Assembly: GCF_006345805.1 (NCBI RefSeq)
Contig: NC_043015.1
Coordinates: 35,092,001-35,156,000, forward strand
Source of the DNA: Octopus sinensis
Lineage: Eukaryota
Length of the DNA stretch: 64,000 nt
Direction: 5' to 3'
In this document: positions 62,870-64,000 of the stretch, piece by piece
Position numbering within the stretch: the stretch's first letter is position 1
How the letters are laid out: each line of letters starts with the position of its first letter
The notes under the pieces: generated by a model
Seen by the model: only the letters and a program-made list of their open reading frames with translations
The model's database searches: none
Told to the model about the DNA's origin: nothing
Position numbers and translations under genes: made by a program

Positions 62870-64000
62870 TTAAACATTGACCTATTTCTGTTTGCGGCTG
62901 TAATGCTTATATTTATAACACTCATGAAACTTGTATTTACAATGCTTACATTGCACTCCCCCACACACATAATAGGGGCAACAATTTTTAACATGATTGA
63001 ATGATGGTAGGTGAAAGTGAGGGAGCAGCTCAAAATCTCTCGTGGAAGCGTCATCCAACCAAAATGCAAATATATGGGAAACTACCACCGGTCTCATCTC
63101 TTGTGAAAGGTAGGAGAGTCCAGTTTGCTGGACATTGTTGTAGAGCTGAAAACGAAGCAATTTCTACTCTTCTCCTCTGGAAGCCATCTACTTGCAATAC
63201 CAGAGGGCGCACACTCTCCTACTCTGATGTAATCTCCAGGGATACAGGCATCCAGTAACAGGACCTCCGTAATGCTATGATGGACCGTGAAGTCTGGCGT
63301 AGCATGGTAAATTCCATTGTCTTGACCACGGTCGAACAATGATGATGATGAGGGAGCAGCTGATGTGACATGTCTGTTATCAAATGATCACAGAAACTAT
63401 TTTTCAGGTGCTGAATAACATCATTCCTTCCCATGTTCCCTCCCACATCTCTTTCCCAGTTTTCAGAGTTGGCACTATCAATGTAGGCATAATGAAATGT
63501 AGGTCTAGTGAGACTGTTGAGATAGTTGAACAGAGGTGTGTTGATGCATGTTGCATCCAAGAGGTAAGGTGAAGAGGAGCTTCGACCAAGTTCCTCACAG
63601 GCAAGACAGATATAAAATCTTCTGGGAAGATAGCAACAATGAGGTAGATGGCATGGGTATACTTCCTGCAGAAAAATGGATGGATAAGGTCATAGAGGTA
63701 GTCAGAGCATGCAATAGAGTGCTTAAGCTTAGGCTAGTCTTACAGAACAGTATAATGACAATTATCATTGCCTATGCCCCTTGACCGGGCCTACCAAACA
63801 AACAGAAGGAACAATTTCATGATATTCTTCTGCAGGCTACCTCAAAGATAAGTGACAATAATCTCCTCATTAGAGATGGGGATTTCAATGAGCATCTTTT
63901 CCAATCTGGAAAAGAAGGATTTGGAAGCTTAAGGACCCTTCATATGGTCAGAGATTTAGGGACATCCTAACTGAGAAATTTGATGAAAGGGACGAGGAAC
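62870..64000 (+). mobile_element. 5' part of an RTE LINE (same family as the 26.5 kb copy), APE relic running off the window
   Basis: 5' leader homologous to 26570-26740; FRVGTINVG..CCIQEVR. Confidence 0.85.
63031..63348 (+). mobile_element. 5'-truncated RTE (different family) with (TGA)n tail and 13-bp TSD
   Basis: NLSWKRHPTKMQIYGKLPPVSSLVKGRRVQFAGHCCRA; TSD tgagggagcagct at 63018-63030 and 63349-63361. Confidence 0.88.

Overview
AT-rich eukaryotic (animal) genomic DNA. The repeat families resemble those I recall from octopus/coleoid cephalopod genomes (inference, not verifiable here). The window is almost entirely the 3' part of a minus-strand axonemal inner-arm dynein heavy chain gene (DNAH1-like). 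I reconstructed 25 consecutive coding exons by hand (61044 down to 4563, 4186 nt, about 1395 codons), all GT-AG and phase-compatible, covering the end of AAA4, stalk/MTBD, AAA5, AAA6 and part of the C-terminal domain. The gene continues beyond both edges. Introns are full of decayed retroelements (RTE, CR1, L1/Tx1, RLE-type HERO/CRE/R4-like, Penelope-like), SINEs, mariner/Tc1 and piggyBac relics, MITEs and microsatellites; most listed ORFs are artefacts of these. Most interesting unexplained signals: (1) two diverged RTE LINE copies in which the only nearby ATG is separated from the endonuclease ORF by a conserved ~70-nt GT-AG intron-like segment; (2) three different type I hammerhead-ribozyme motifs in Penelope-like or retrozyme-like inserts, two of the inserts with target-site duplications; (3) two phase-compatible plus-strand exons suggesting a gene nested antisense in a dynein intron; (4) large fold-back palindromes close to dynein exons.
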